DNA of 64,000 nt from contig NW_027361723.1 of the NCBI RefSeq assembly GCF_039654945.1, positions 3,038,001 through 3,102,000 on the forward strand, given 5' to 3'. Both the position numbers and the translations under genes were made by a program. Below are positions 1-13,870 of this stretch, piece after piece (positions within the stretch are counted from its first letter, which is position 1; every line of letters begins with the position of its first letter). The stretch comes from Dendrobates tinctorius (lineage: Eukaryota). The notes beneath the pieces are model-generated. The model saw only the letters and a program-made list of their open reading frames with translations, made no database searches and was not told the DNA's origin.

Positions 1-1075
1 GTATTGGGCCCCCTACTATTTAATATATTTATTAATGATCTAGTGGATGGCTTACACAGTAACATATCAGTATTTGCAGATGATACAAAAATATGTAAGG
101 GAGTTAACACAAAGGAGGAAAGTTTGCAACTACAGACAGATTTGAGTAAATTGGAGAATTGGGCTGAAAAATGGCAAATTAGGTTTAACACAGATAAGTG
201 TAAGGTTATGCACATGGGAAGGAGAAACAGATGCTACAATTACTTACTAAATGGGAAACTGCTGGGGAAATCAGACGTGGAAAAAGACTTAGGCATCTAA
301 GTCATTAAGAAGCTAAATTGGAGTGCCCAGTGTCAGGCAGCTGCCACCAAAGCAAATAGGGTCATGGGAGGCATTAGAAGAGGTCTGGGGACACGAGATG
401 AAAACATAATTCTCCCTCCGTACAAATCACTCGTCAGACCACACTTGGAGGATTGTGTGCAATTTTGGACGCCGGTGCTCAAGAATGACATTACTGAACT
501 TGAAAGGGTTCAAAGGCGGCAACTAAAATGATAAATGGAGTTGGTTCACTACAATACCCAGAAAGGTTATCAAAATTAGGTCTATTTACTCTAGAAAAGA
601 GAAGACTTAGGGGAGACTTAATATATATGTACAAGTATATCAGAGGGCAATACAGAGATCTCTCCAATGAACTGTTTGTACCAAGGACTGTGACAAGAAC
701 AAGGGGGCATTCTCTTCGTTTGGAGGAAAGACAATTTCTGCACCAGCATAGAAGAGGGTTCTTCACAGTAAGAGCAGTGAGGCTCTGGAATTCTCTTCCT
801 GAGAAAGTGGTGATGGCCAACTCACTGAATGAATGTAAGAAAGGAATGGAGGCTTTTCTTGTGAGTAACAGTATAGAAGGTTACAAATAACAGAATATTA
901 CAGGTAGATGGTTGACCCAGCTTAGGGGAAGGAATTTTTTTCCCTATGGAGAAAATTGGCTTCTACTCTGTGGGTTTTTTGCCTTCCCCAGGATCAACAA
1001 TGCAGTAAAAATAGGCTGAACTAGAGGGACATAAGGTCTTCCTTCAGCCTTCAAAACTATGTTACTATGTAATGT
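1..1075 (+). mobile_element. 3' fragment of an older CR1-clade LINE (RT C-terminus, 3' UTR, microsatellite tail), decayed
   Basis: ORFs 4..300 (GPLLFNIFINDL..FADDTK..FNTDKCKVMH) and 528..890 (LEKRRLRGDLI..FFTVRAVRLWNSLP) match CR1 ORF2. There is an in-frame TAA at 298-300 and a frameshift. It ends in ctatgtta/ctatgtaa, a different tail from the CR1 at 16-20 kb. Confidence 0.9.
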
Positions 1076-1077
1076 TA

Positions 1078-1392
1078 CTGGTGATCACTGTATTACCTGT
1101 ACACTGACACTATATACAGAGCTCCTGTGTATAATGTCACCAGTGATCACTGTATTATCTGTACACTGACACTATATACAGAGCTCCTGTGTACAGTGTC
1201 ACCAGTGATCACTGTATTACCTGTACACTGACACTATACACAGAGCTCCTGTGTATAATGTCACCAGTGATCACTGTATTATCTGTACACTGACACTATA
1301 TACAGAGCTCCTGTGTACAGTGTCACCAGTGATCACTGTATTACCTGTACACTGACACTATATACAGAGCTCCTGTATATAATGTCACTGGT
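1078..1392. repeat. 62-bp tandem repeat, ~5 copies
   Basis: gtgatcactgtatt recurs at 1081, 1143, 1205, 1267 and 1329. Confidence 0.95.
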
Positions 1393-1639
1393 GGTAATAA
1401 CAGTGCTGCTAGTGTCATGGTTTGCATTCATGATCAGTATGTGGTCTGGAGGTGGTGATATTTCTTCTTGTATGTGGCATTATTGGTCTCGGTATAGTGG
1501 ACTGTGTTATATATGGCGGTCATTTTTTCTCTCAGATGTTGATTAGAAGAAGAATTTTAAAGTATATAATCACTAATGGCAATTGGTACACAGAGGCTGA
1601 GATGCACTTATAGAATTTCTCCAGTGAAAAAAGTAATAA

Positions 1640-1945
1640 ATTCAACAGGATAAGCGATAACATACTGATTGATGGGGTCTGACTGCTTGGACTGACACCG
1701 ATCGACAAAATGTGGAGCTTTGATCCCCATTAGATTGGATCTCATGTGAAACTTGATGACTGATCCATTCATTGTCTCAGTGACTGCACTTGTTTTTTCT
1801 TAATGCCCCAAAAAGAATGAATGGAGGTGCGGTCAGACATCTCACCTGCTGCTGCATTTTCAAATGGGGAAAAAACGTCCTCATTCTTCCAATCGGTGCA
1901 GTTTCTAATGGTCGGACAGAAGTGATCACCTATCCTGTGGAGCCC
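1640..1945. mobile_element. degenerate anuran T2/Kolobok-like MITE remnant
   Basis: Roughly inverted subterminal motifs: acaggataagcgata (~1645) and gatcacctatcctgt (~1923). Termini are not clean; family assigned from recall of frog MITEs. Confidence 0.3.
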
Positions 1946-2004
1946 AGGGATCAGTGAACTTAACAGCAAAGCCACAAAAAGAGGATTGAAAATCCTCCAA
2001 AAAT

Positions 2005-2810
2005 TCAAGAATACAGGAGAAAATGGTCATCAGTACTTACCTGCCCAGGTCTCAGAACAAACTCCCTCTCAGGATGCAGCAGAGCCTTGTAGTTAAGATG
2101 GCGGCAACACAGGTGCAGAATACTGATGAGACCACTCCCAACCCATGGAGGGGGGATTGTTAGTATTAGATTGCACAGAATCTGCTTGTACAGGGCGCTG
2201 GTCACACACAGGTAATGCACGGTGTCCGGCTTACAGCATATTAGTGACGCCCCTACTATTAGATCAGGCGGCTGAACCCGGAAAAATGAGGTGCAAAAAA
2301 TACACAGAAACATGTAAGGTATTGGCCGATATTTTGGCCAAGATATACAAGCTCGCAGCCACGTCAGGGCTCCTCACGCTCGCGCGTCCTAACACTAAAC
2401 TTAAAAGCAAAGCCACAAAAAGAGGACGAAAAATTTCTTTGTATTTTTTGCACCTTATTTTTCCGGGTGCGGCAAGGCCCAGAATTTTTGGCCTTGTAAA
2501 CTGTGGTGTCTGTTCACTTGGGATGCATGTAGATAGTGCTGGGCAGCCGCCTGATCTAATAGTCGGGGCGTCACTAATGGGCTCTAATCCGGACACTGTG
2601 CATTACCTGTGTGTGACCAGAGCCCGGTACAAGCAGATTCTGTGCAATGTAAAACTAAGCAATCCCCCCTCCAAGGATTGGGAGTGGTTGTCTCATCAGG
2701 ACCTGTGTTGCCGCCATCTTTGCTATATGGGTCTGCTGCACCCTGTAGTGCATTTGCTCAGAGACCTGGGCAGGTGAGCACTGCTGACCCCTTTCTGCTG
2801 TACTAACCCA
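2005..2810. repeat. diverged inverted duplication (arms ~2005-2312 and ~2434-2810)
   Basis: attagtgacgcccctactattagatcaggcggctg (~2240) vs cagccgcctgatctaatagtcggggcgtcactaat (~2544). Opposite-strand ORFs translate to similar peptides (QPPDLIVGASL..PDTVHYLCVT..YKQILCN). Confidence 0.8.
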
Positions 2811-2927
2811 TGGATCAGTGACAACTTGTTTTGACAAAAGAACCCCTTTAATGCAAACTACCGTAATTCTGACCCCAGTTCAGGGGGCGCACAGTAGATG
2901 TGTATTACAGTTGACGCTTCACTATAA

Positions 2928-3062
2928 GGCTGTGTGCACACGCTGCGGATTCTGCTGCGGTTTGCCATTTGCTCCATTGTAGAGATGATAAACCACAGAG
3001 CAATCCGCAATAAATCTGTGCGGACAAATCCACAGAGCATTCCGCAGCGTGTGCACTCACCC
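2928..3062. mobile_element. 135-bp PIF/Harbinger-type MITE
   Basis: TIRs GGCTGTGTGCACACGCTGCGGA / TCCGCAGCGTGTGCACTCACCC, flanked by a TAA duplication at 2925-2927 and 3063-3065. Confidence 0.8.
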
Positions 3063-3674
3063 TAACAGGGATAACAGCTTACATGCATTTGCCTATTACT
3101 GTAGGGTGGGCCCCACTATGACCCTACTCAGAGCCCAAGGCTCCAGGGTCCCATGGCCAGATTGTACCCATCATAAGCCTCATATGGGACAGGGAGGGGC
3201 CGCGAGCTGACAGTGTCTGCCCCTGGGTCACTGTACAGCACTGATCACAGGGGCATTATTGACCAAGGCAACATAATGAACTGTGGATCACCAGGATACA
3301 GAGGAAGACAAAATGTCCCGTGACGTCACACACCAACTGTATCTGGGGGAAAGGACCCTCTCAAAGACGGGTGAGGGGCGAGATTTTGTTTCTGATCCTC
3401 AGATCTGCCACTAGGGGGCAATGAATCGCACAGTGCGGCCAATATGTGCCTAATCTCGCCCCTCCCCCCGTGTGGTCACTGCAGAGAACAGCTCATTACA
3501 GGAAGCTAGCAGGAATCCCGCACTGTCTGCCGCATAGGAGCTGTCGTCACATCCACCCTCTCGTCTCCACATCCAGATATCACACACAAGGCCCGGATAT
3601 GTTATTATCACTACACAACTCATCACGCATCACTGAGGAGAGAGAAAGAAAGGGGGAGCTGCACACATGTGATC

Positions 3675-3775
3675 AGCCAATCAGTGAAAGGTGAGGGAGG
3701 AGCCGGTAATGCGGCACGCCCCATAGTCATCACTGAGTAGTTTTCACTCAGGTCCGCTCACCCTCTATATAAGGA
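3675..3775 (+). promoter_or_regulatory. histone H4 promoter
   Basis: CCAAT (~3677), H4 subtype element TCAGGTCCGC (~3748; HiNF-P-type GGTCCG) and TATATAAG (~3766). Confidence 0.75.
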
Positions 3776-3817
3776 GGACTCCGCGCTGGTTTCTACAGTC
3801 ATCTGAAGATTTCCTGA

Positions 3818-4132
<315 letters not shown>

Positions 4133-4162
4133 TGCGTCTCCGCTCCATCCTCACCCCCCAAA

Positions 4163-4205
4163 GGCTCTTATCAGAGCCGCCCACATCTACTAAGAAAAAG
4201 CTATG
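4163..4205 (+). terminator. histone 3' stem-loop and HDE (H4)
   Basis: GGCTCT-TATC-AGAGCC at 4163-4178, preceded by AAA, with purine-rich AAGAAAAAGCTA downstream. Confidence 0.9.
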
Positions 4206-4618
4206 ATCTCCGCTGTGTGATGTGGCCACGGAGGGAGATTGCGGGTATTTTGTGGTGTTATGTGACATCAGCGGTTAAAACAGATGGTTACCTGGATATA
4301 CAGCGCTATATGGGTCATGAATTGCTGTATGGATGAAATATCTAGAGCGCTTTATAGAGGCTACATCACAGTATAGATATTTACTGCACTCTGAGGGTAC
4401 ACTGCAGTGTATTAATGGGAGTCGTAGCTATATAGCGGGTATTGAGCATTAAATGGCCGCAAACAGCCATTTTTTTTTTTTTTTTTTATCTAGTTCTATA
4501 TGGAAGGTTTACAGCTGTGTGTGGGGGTTCTGCATTACAGGAGGTTTGCAGCCCTGTACACAGCAGTATATCGAGCTTCACAGCGCTATTTAGATGAATA
4601 CAGCACTATAGGGGGTGT

Positions 4619-4690
4619 TAATGATTCTCCGCTCCATCCTCACCCCCCAGGCTCTTCTCAGAGCCGCCCACATGTGTCCTGGAGAAGCGA
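4619..4690 (+). other. orphan copy of the H4 3' UTR with an intact stem-loop and no coding region
   Basis: taatgattctccgctccatcctcacccccca followed by GGCTCT-TCTC-AGAGCC (4650-4665) duplicates 4130-4185. Also present at 51133-51180 (-). Confidence 0.85.
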
Positions 4691-5739
4691 CAATTCCTGG
4701 TATCGGATGATTGAGGTGAGGGAGTTGGGTCAGATCCTATTTCTCAGGATCGGTGTAAATCCAGTGCGGAGCGGTCACATCCTGTACCGGTGACTCTGCG
4801 CCCCCTTATTAGTGGCGGCTTCCCGGTGTCCAGCGCCTGCATCTCATCACTGTCTCCCTCCTCATTTACCATCTACATGTGGACACTGACCGTGACTTCC
4901 TGACTGCTCCTAATACCGTGGACTGTGCGGCTCCAGCCGGCAGCGCTCTCCTGTGCCGGGGCTGATGGATGCAGCCGGACATTAGCGGCTCGTTCCCCTC
5001 ATGACGGGGGAGGCTGCTTGTGTCTTTTCTTATTTATCAGTAACCGGAGCCTGAAGGGAGAACAGAGGGGAAATCCGCCCCCGTAGTGTACAGCGCCGTC
5101 ATCCGAGCCCGGCGGACCGGAGAGAGGACTGGAGATGACGCAGGTCCGGAGCCGGTGTATTGCGGAGTGTGGGAGCTCCATCCTCCAGAGGAGGAGACGT
5201 CTCGCATACAAGATGCCTACATAAAATATCCATAACTGTGATTGGTGAGATAATGAGCAGCCGGCACCGGTCTGGGGAGTGAGGGGTTAATACAGTCTCA
5301 CTTTACCGCAAGGTCCACAGGAATAATGGCCGCTCACTCCTGACAGTGATCGGGAAATGGTGTCTCTTCCACAAGCAGAGCACAGTCACTGAAGGGTTAA
5401 TGATCGAGCGCCGAGAACACGACTGAGCGGGAGATTCAAATCATCAAACGGATCTAAAGCCCCGCCCACAGGAATCGACCAATCACCGTGCTTTCTCCTC
5501 CGTTTAACCCCTTATTGCTCCTGTGTCTGCTGCTCGTCATTTCCCCGTGCTCAGCACATCGGGCTCCTCCTGGTAGAACATGTGCGGATTGTATCATCCG
5601 ATCTGTGCTGGATGCGGAGCCCACACGGAGCCGCCCTTGTATAAGGTTACCAGTTCTCCGTGTGGCGTCCGCTCCGATCACTGCTGGAAGCGGAGTTGAC
5701 ACAGATCAGCCCTGGAGCTGCGGGCACTAGGATTGCAAA

Positions 5740-6270
5740 AATATACACCCCCAGTACGGTGCTGTACATCCACCATCCTCCCTACTAGGTGGTATACAGC
5801 ACTACAAAGGCTACATGTGCTGTATACTCCCCATCTAGTGCTGCATTTCTCCTCTATAAACCTGTGTCATCTACAGAACACCCGCATATAGTGCTGGATA
5901 CCCTCCATACAGTAACTGAGGATAAGGTAGTGCTGATACCTACATATATCGCTGTATGCCCCCATATATAGCTAAATACTCTCCAGAAAGTGCTGTGGGC
6001 CCTCCATATTGTTCTTTATCCCATCATATATCGCTGTATACCCCCATGTAGTGCTGTAAGCTGCCAAATACTGTTATGTACCGACATATTGTGCTGTATA
6101 ACCTTCAAGTAGTATTGTATACCGCCATATAGTGCTGACAACCCTCCATATAGTATCGTAGTCTAGAATATAGTGCTGTATACTCCCCTTATATTAGGGT
6201 ACACCCTCATTGACGGCTGTACTCCCCCATAGAGGGACGCGTACCCTCCATATAGCGCTGTATATTCCAC
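5740..6270. repeat. degenerate short-period AT-rich repeat (catatagtgctgtatac-like)
   Basis: Recurring (c)catat(a)gtgctgta motif at ~20-30 bp spacing. Mirrored at ~49530-50050. Confidence 0.6.
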
Positions 6271-6739
6271 ACATCAGATATTCTGGACTCCGCGCTCCTG
6301 ATCCACAAGCCCACACACTGGATATATATAGGCCAGAAGCTGCAGGGAGCGGAGCCGCCGTCTGTGTCTCCTTCCGACCTCTCAGCAGCTCCAGGTCGTT
6401 CTCCCATCGTCCAATCAGCTTCCTGCACGGTACAGATTGTGGTACAGATCCCTGTGATAGTGACAGGTGCCGGGAACAGAAGGAGCGAGCTCCCGCAGCA
6501 GATTCATCTTCCCCGATACAGAATGATGTGCGGCCAGGAGGACTATGGGGAGATTCCGGGGCTCTTCCCGGCTCCTTCCTGCCTCCTCCGCCAGTGACGG
6601 CTATAGACATGTGGGGGAGATGTCAGTGAGGAGGAGGACACTGACACAGCGGCTCTGCTGCCCGGTCCTGACCGGTAATGGTCGCTTATCCCGGGCAAGG
6701 AAGCACAAGGGGAGAGCGGAGCTTCACCTGGCTCAGACA

Positions 6740-6825
6740 GGAGGGGCGGGGCCTGTGACCAGTGTCAGCCAATAGAAGCTCAGGAGGGGCAGCCAATCAG
6801 TGCGCAGTGTGACTGTATATATTTG
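6740..6825 (+). promoter_or_regulatory. histone H1 promoter
   Basis: GC box GGGGCGGGGC (~6743), two CCAAT boxes (~6769, ~6793) and TATATATT (~6816). Confidence 0.75.
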
Positions 6826-6888
6826 AGGCGGCTCCTGCTTCGGCTTTTGTAATTTTTCTTTCAGCACTTTGTGTTTGTTCTTGATTAT

Positions 6889-7512
6889 ATGATGGCAGAG
6901 ACCGCGCCAGCCGCCGCTCCTCCTCCTCCTGCCGAACCGGCCACCAAATCCAAGAAGCAGCCGAAAAAATCCTCCGCAGGGGGCGCCAAGAAGAGCAAAA
7001 AGCCTTCTGGCCCCAGCGTGTCCGAGCTGATCGTCAAAGCCGTGTCTGCTTCCAAGGAGCGCAGCGGGGTGTCTCTGGCCGCCCTGAAGAAGGCTCTGGC
7101 TGCTGGAGGGTACGATGTGGAGAGGAATAACAGCCGCCTGAAGCTGGCCGTCAGGGGTCTGGTCACCAAGGGCGCCCTGCTCCAGGTTAAGGGCAGCGGC
7201 GCCTCCGGGTCATTCAAGCTGAACAAGAAGCAGGAGACCAAGGACAAGAAGAAGCAGGCGCCTGCAGCCAAAGCCAAGAAACCAGCAGCCAAGAAAGCTG
7301 CAAAATCCCCGAAGAAGCCCAAGAAGAGCCCGAAAAAGGCCAAGAAGCCCGCAGCGGCCAAAAAAGCAGTTAAGAGCCCCAAAAAGCCGAAGGCTGCTCC
7401 GAAGCCCAAGAAGGTGACAAAGAGCCCCGCTAAGAAGGCGGCGAAACCCAAAGCTGCCAGGAGTCCGGCTAAGAAGGCGGCTAAAGCCAAGAAGCCCGCG
7501 GCCAAGAAATAA
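6889..7512 (+). CDS. H1: linker histone H1 (somatic, replication-dependent)
   Basis: ATG ATG at 6889/6892. Globular domain [48 protein letters not shown], then a K/A/P-rich tail. Stem-loop at 7542-7557. Confidence 0.97.
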   Translation: MMAETAPAAAPPPPAEPATKSKKQPKKSSAGGAKKSKKPSGPSVSELIVKAVSASKERSGVSLAALKKALAAGGYDVERNNSRLKLAVRGLVTKGALLQVKGSGASGSFKLNKKQETKDKKKQAPAAKAKKPAAKKAAKSPKKPKKSPKKAKKPAAAKKAVKSPKKPKAAPKPKKVTKSPAKKAAKPKAARSPAKKAAKAKKPAAKK

Positions 7513-7541
7513 GCGGAGCCGCCCTGTCCTCATCCCACAAA

Positions 7542-7702
7542 GGCTCTTATCAGAGCCACCACCTCCTCACTGCAGAGCTGTATGATCAGTGCCACCACCT
7601 CCTCCCTGCAGAGCTGTATGATCAGTGCCACCACCTTGTCCTCAGCAGACCTGTATGATCAGTGCCACCACCTCCTCCCTGCAGAGCTGTACGATCAGTG
7701 CC
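7542..7702 (+). terminator. H1 stem-loop followed by ~4 tandem 36-37 bp HDE-containing units
   Basis: GGCTCT-TATC-AGAGCC at 7542-7557, then repeats of gccaccacctcctccctgCAGAGCTGTAtgatcagt. Confidence 0.9.
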
Positions 7703-8043
7703 AGTACATTATATAATTGATGCTGGGCGCAGTGTCAGGATGGATAGTTATCTGTTGCTAATACGAGCTCTGCACTGTACAGCGCTGTGTACACGGATAT
7801 GGCCGTGCATTTACGTCAGTGGCGTCTGCTCCATATTCCGAATGTAAGGGATGATGTGAACCGCCTCGTGGAGGAGGCGGGGACAACAGGGGGCGGGGTT
7901 ACTGGGCGAGAGGCGGAGTTGCTCTTCACAATGATTGGTTAAACACATCATGTCCTTATTGGCTTCTTTTATTTATGCCCCAACCAGTGGCGTGCAGGGG
8001 GCGTGTTTCCTATAGACCAATGAGGACGCGCCCTGGAGCATAA

Positions 8044-8508
<465 letters not shown>

Positions 8509-8978
8509 ATCTTCCCGGGCTCCAACCACAACACAAAGGCTCTTTTCAGAGCCACCAAATCTTTCCAAAAACGAGCTGAGTCCTGAACTGCCGGTTTATG
8601 TGCGTGTTCTACATATACGGATCGCACTCTCTCAGGAATAGATGGTGGCTGCGGTTTCTGATATCACAGGTGATCGCTGAGCGATAACTGAAATCTCACG
8701 TTTCTCTATTCTCATCCATTGTAAAACATGCGGAGTCTATAACATAACCAACGTTAATATAGGGAGAGGGGTAAGGTGTGTATACCCTCAAAGTGTGGTG
8801 AATTTCTATACTGTGATGTAGCCTCTATAAAGCGCTCTAGATATTTCATCCATACAGTAACTCCTGACCCATATAGCGCTGTATATCCAGGTAACCATCT
8901 GTTTTAACCGCTGATGTCACATAACACCACAAAATACCCGCAATCTCCCTCCCTGGCCACATCACACAGCGGAGATCA

Positions 8979-9383
<405 letters not shown>

Positions 9384-10911
9384 CTATGACTAATGAGCGC
9401 AGGGTCCTTTACATGGAGGCGGGGCGGACCGGAGCGAAAACAGGAGGGATGACCGTTTCCGGGGCGGGGGTTCTAGTATTGAATTCGCGGTTAAGCTCCT
9501 CCTCTTCTCTGATTGGCTGAATACAGGACTGTTGGTGATTTTGAATTCCCCCCCCTCTCTGTTACAAAGAATATTCAACAAAACTCCCCATCGCGGCGCC
9601 GCCGCTAGATCTGTCCGTTATTTGGATTTTTCCGTTGCTATTTTCCAGCTTCTTCATAATGTAATAAGTAAATAAATACTTTAGGGACAGTGATCTCCAG
9701 AAGCCTCATCTGACCCAGGCAGTCGCTCCTCATTACAGGTGGTGGCGGCCAGTACAGGGCAGGGAGCCGCATGTAACGAGTCCCGGAGGCTCCATCCCCG
9801 GAGAAGAGGAGAAATATCAGATACAAGATAACGATCCCCAACCACCGATGTGATCTGCAGCGACCATCGCCGCGCACGGGATCTGCTCCAATCAACGTCA
9901 GGAATAATGTTCACTAAGACAATATAGAAAAGGGAGTGGGAAGGCGCCAGCACCGATCCGGGGACAAATACGGGTATAGGCAGAACACACTGGAGAGGCG
10001 GCACCAGGACCCAGCGCGTGTGACATCAGATTGTGATCGCTAACGCTTCTCCGGAGCGCAATGTGCGACTGAGCGGGAAATTAGGGTTCACTAACGGCTC
10101 AGTAAATGACGGCGGAACATCGAAATAAAGAACCGACCATTCGCCCGCTACTTAATTTACTTTCAACTCCTTAGTGACCGTATTCCTGCTGAATCTCTGC
10201 TCTGTACAGAATCCGCCTCAAGCACCGCAGACCCCGGCTGTGCACACCATACCCCTCTCCCTTACAATGGATGAGACTAGAGAAAGTGCTGAGCGATAAC
10301 TGGAATCTCACTTCTCACCTGTGATATCAGAAACCGCAGCCGCCATCTATTCCTGAGAGAGTGCGATCCGTATAGGGAGAACACGCACATAAACCGGACA
10401 GCGGAAGGAAAAGGAGTGCGTAGAATCCGAGACTCCATGAACTTGTATTATTCCAGTGAAGCGCAGTGACGGCCGGGTGCCCTCATAGATCGCTGTAGCG
10501 CGGCTCCTGGATTCATCCAGTGTTGTGTCTGCACCTCACTACTACCACCCCCAGCATTCACAGGAAACTCACAAATTGGAATGGAAAGGGTTAATGTAAG
10601 AGGAGATGAAAAGAGAAAGCAGAGATCCAACCAGGAGGATAATCTACTGGAAATGTCACTGAGCAGAGATCATCATTACCAGCTGCGGGAGAGCGAGGAC
10701 CTATCGCCGAGTGCAACGCACCACCTGCAATCATTATCACTGACCTATTGGAGAGAGGAGGTCCCAGTGTAGACGTTTTCTCCGGAAAGGAGCTGCTCAG
10801 CACATGCACGGCCTTGATGAGGACACTACACAGGGCAGCGGAGGAGCAGCTCTTATGGTGAGGGGGTGGGCGGCTCTTAGAAGAGCCTTTGGGGTGATGG
10901 CGGAGCNNNNN

Positions 10912-12020
<1,109 letters not shown>

Positions 12021-12950
12021 GCGCTGCTGCCGATCCCACCTACACAACCAAAGGCTCTTCTAAGAGCCACCCACCCCGTCACCACCAGAGCTGACGCCGC
12101 TGATCTCGGGTCCTCACATTCCAGACACCACGGGCTGCCGCCACCAGTCTGTAGGTTGCTGCGCACACTGGAATCCGTTGTGCGGTTTCTACCCAAAACA
12201 CTGGAGTGTCGGGAGATGAATGGGATAATATCATATGAAGCCTCAGACCTGTGGGGGGAGAGGAGTCCCTCATTAGTGTCTGATCCTCCGGCCCCTGACA
12301 TCGCTGTGGAGATAACACGCAGTGATCACGTATCGGGGGGGAGTTGGCGGCCGCTGCCGGCGATTCTCCACATCAGTGACTGCGGCTCCTCCCGGAGGAC
12401 GATCCCGTGATGGCGGCTCTGGAGGGCTGGACTCAGCGCGGTTCTCGGGTGACCGGATTGTGATCTCCGCTGTCAGCCGTGACCGGTAGTAATCCTCCGC
12501 GGAACAAGAGCGGGAACTTCAAATCCCCCAACGGATCCTGTGATCAGACAATGAGCGGGAATCCTCGGTAAAGCGCCGTCCTCAGTGACGTACATAGACG
12601 TCTTTCCAACTCCGTTTAACTCCTTACTTGCCGTGTTGCTGCTGATCTCCCCTTATTTAGCAGTGTCCACAGATGCGGCACCTTCTCCCCAGCCCCCGGC
12701 AGCGCTCACATCGGGCTCCTCCAGAGCATCTGCTGCTTGCAGCCCCCTGTAATCACTGCAGACACAACTGGGAGTCCTGATAATACTTACTAAAAGGGTT
12801 AACCCCACAATAGTGTAGTGTAATCAGCCGCAGGCTTCACTGAACAAATACTAAGTAACGCAGAAAAATAAGAATTAATAAAGCCAATAAACCACGAATC
12901 CTCCTGCTTTTCTTTCATTGCTAAAATATCACAGATCAAAGCATCATACC

Positions 12951-13185
12951 TAGTGAGGAGCGAGCAGTAAAGAGCTCGGGTGCTCGTTCGGGTTGAGCAA
13001 ATTTGAATACTCAGGTACTTGGACAGAACAACGAGCCCAATGTAAGTCTATGGGAGACCCCAGCATTTCTACATGGATCCCCCAGGTCTAAAAACATCTG
13101 AAAATGATGGAAACACTGCTGCAATGACAGGGGACATCATGGGGATCACCCCTGGAAGCATTCCTGACTCCTAGGTCACAGCTTT
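12951..13185. mobile_element. truncated hAT-type non-autonomous element end
   Basis: Begins TAGTGAGGAGCGAGCA, with repeated GCTCG/CGAGC motifs and the cccaatgtaagtctatggg palindrome shared with B-family ends. Paralogue at ~55382-55630. Confidence 0.55.
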
Positions 13186-13315
13186 ATCATTGTAGCATTT
13201 ACCAACCCTAGGTGGCCATGTGGTGTGTGATATTAGCAGACACATCTTGTCTTTCAGAGTCCCTCCTTCATAAATGAAACAAGTGTAAAGATGGATGTTT
13301 CAAATATATCCCTAC

Positions 13316-13870
13316 TAGTGTTGAGCATTCCGATACTGCAAATATCGGGTATCGGCCGATATTCGCTGTATCGGAATTCCGATACCGAGTACCGATATTT
13401 TTTCAATGTCGGAATCGGAAGTTCCCATAATGCAAAGAGCCACTGTTGTGGCTCTGATTGGCTGCCGAAATGATGTCATCATGATGCGCCGTCAGTTCGA
13501 GCCTTCCGGGGGAGGGGGGTCTATGCAGACTGCCCGGGGTTCTGTACCGGCCTGCCGGTGGTCTGTACTGACTGTCCGGGGGTCTGAGCGGCCTGCCGGG
13601 GGGGCTGTGCCGACTGTCCGGGGGTCTGTGCAGGCTGCGGGGGTCTGTGCAGGATCGTCCGATGGGACTACAAGTCCCATCGGGCGATGCCTGCTACCAT
13701 GACGGTGATTGACACATTAACCAATGATGGGACAGTAGTAGTCCCATCATCCGGCCTATGTGTTGAATGTAAAAAAAAAAAAAAACATACTACATACATG
13801 CTACATACATGCAACATACATACTGCATATATTCCACATGCATGCAACATGCATACTACATATATACCAC
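13316..13870 (+). mobile_element. left part of an hAT 'A' non-autonomous element, cut by element B
   Basis: TIR TAGTGTTGAGCATTCCGATAC preceded by ATCCCTAC; the same insertion is complete at 55763-58337. TATCGG/CCGATA subterminal repeats. Confidence 0.9.

Noticed and set aside
2145-2777. 210-aa ORF upstream of H4
   Set aside because: It lies across an inverted repeat and has no recognisable domain.
6885-7505. Hydrophobic 206-aa antisense ORF (and 48248-48883) resembling a membrane protein
   Set aside because: Antisense shadow of Lys/Ala-rich H1 codons. The same applies to antisense ORFs over H3, H4 and H2A.
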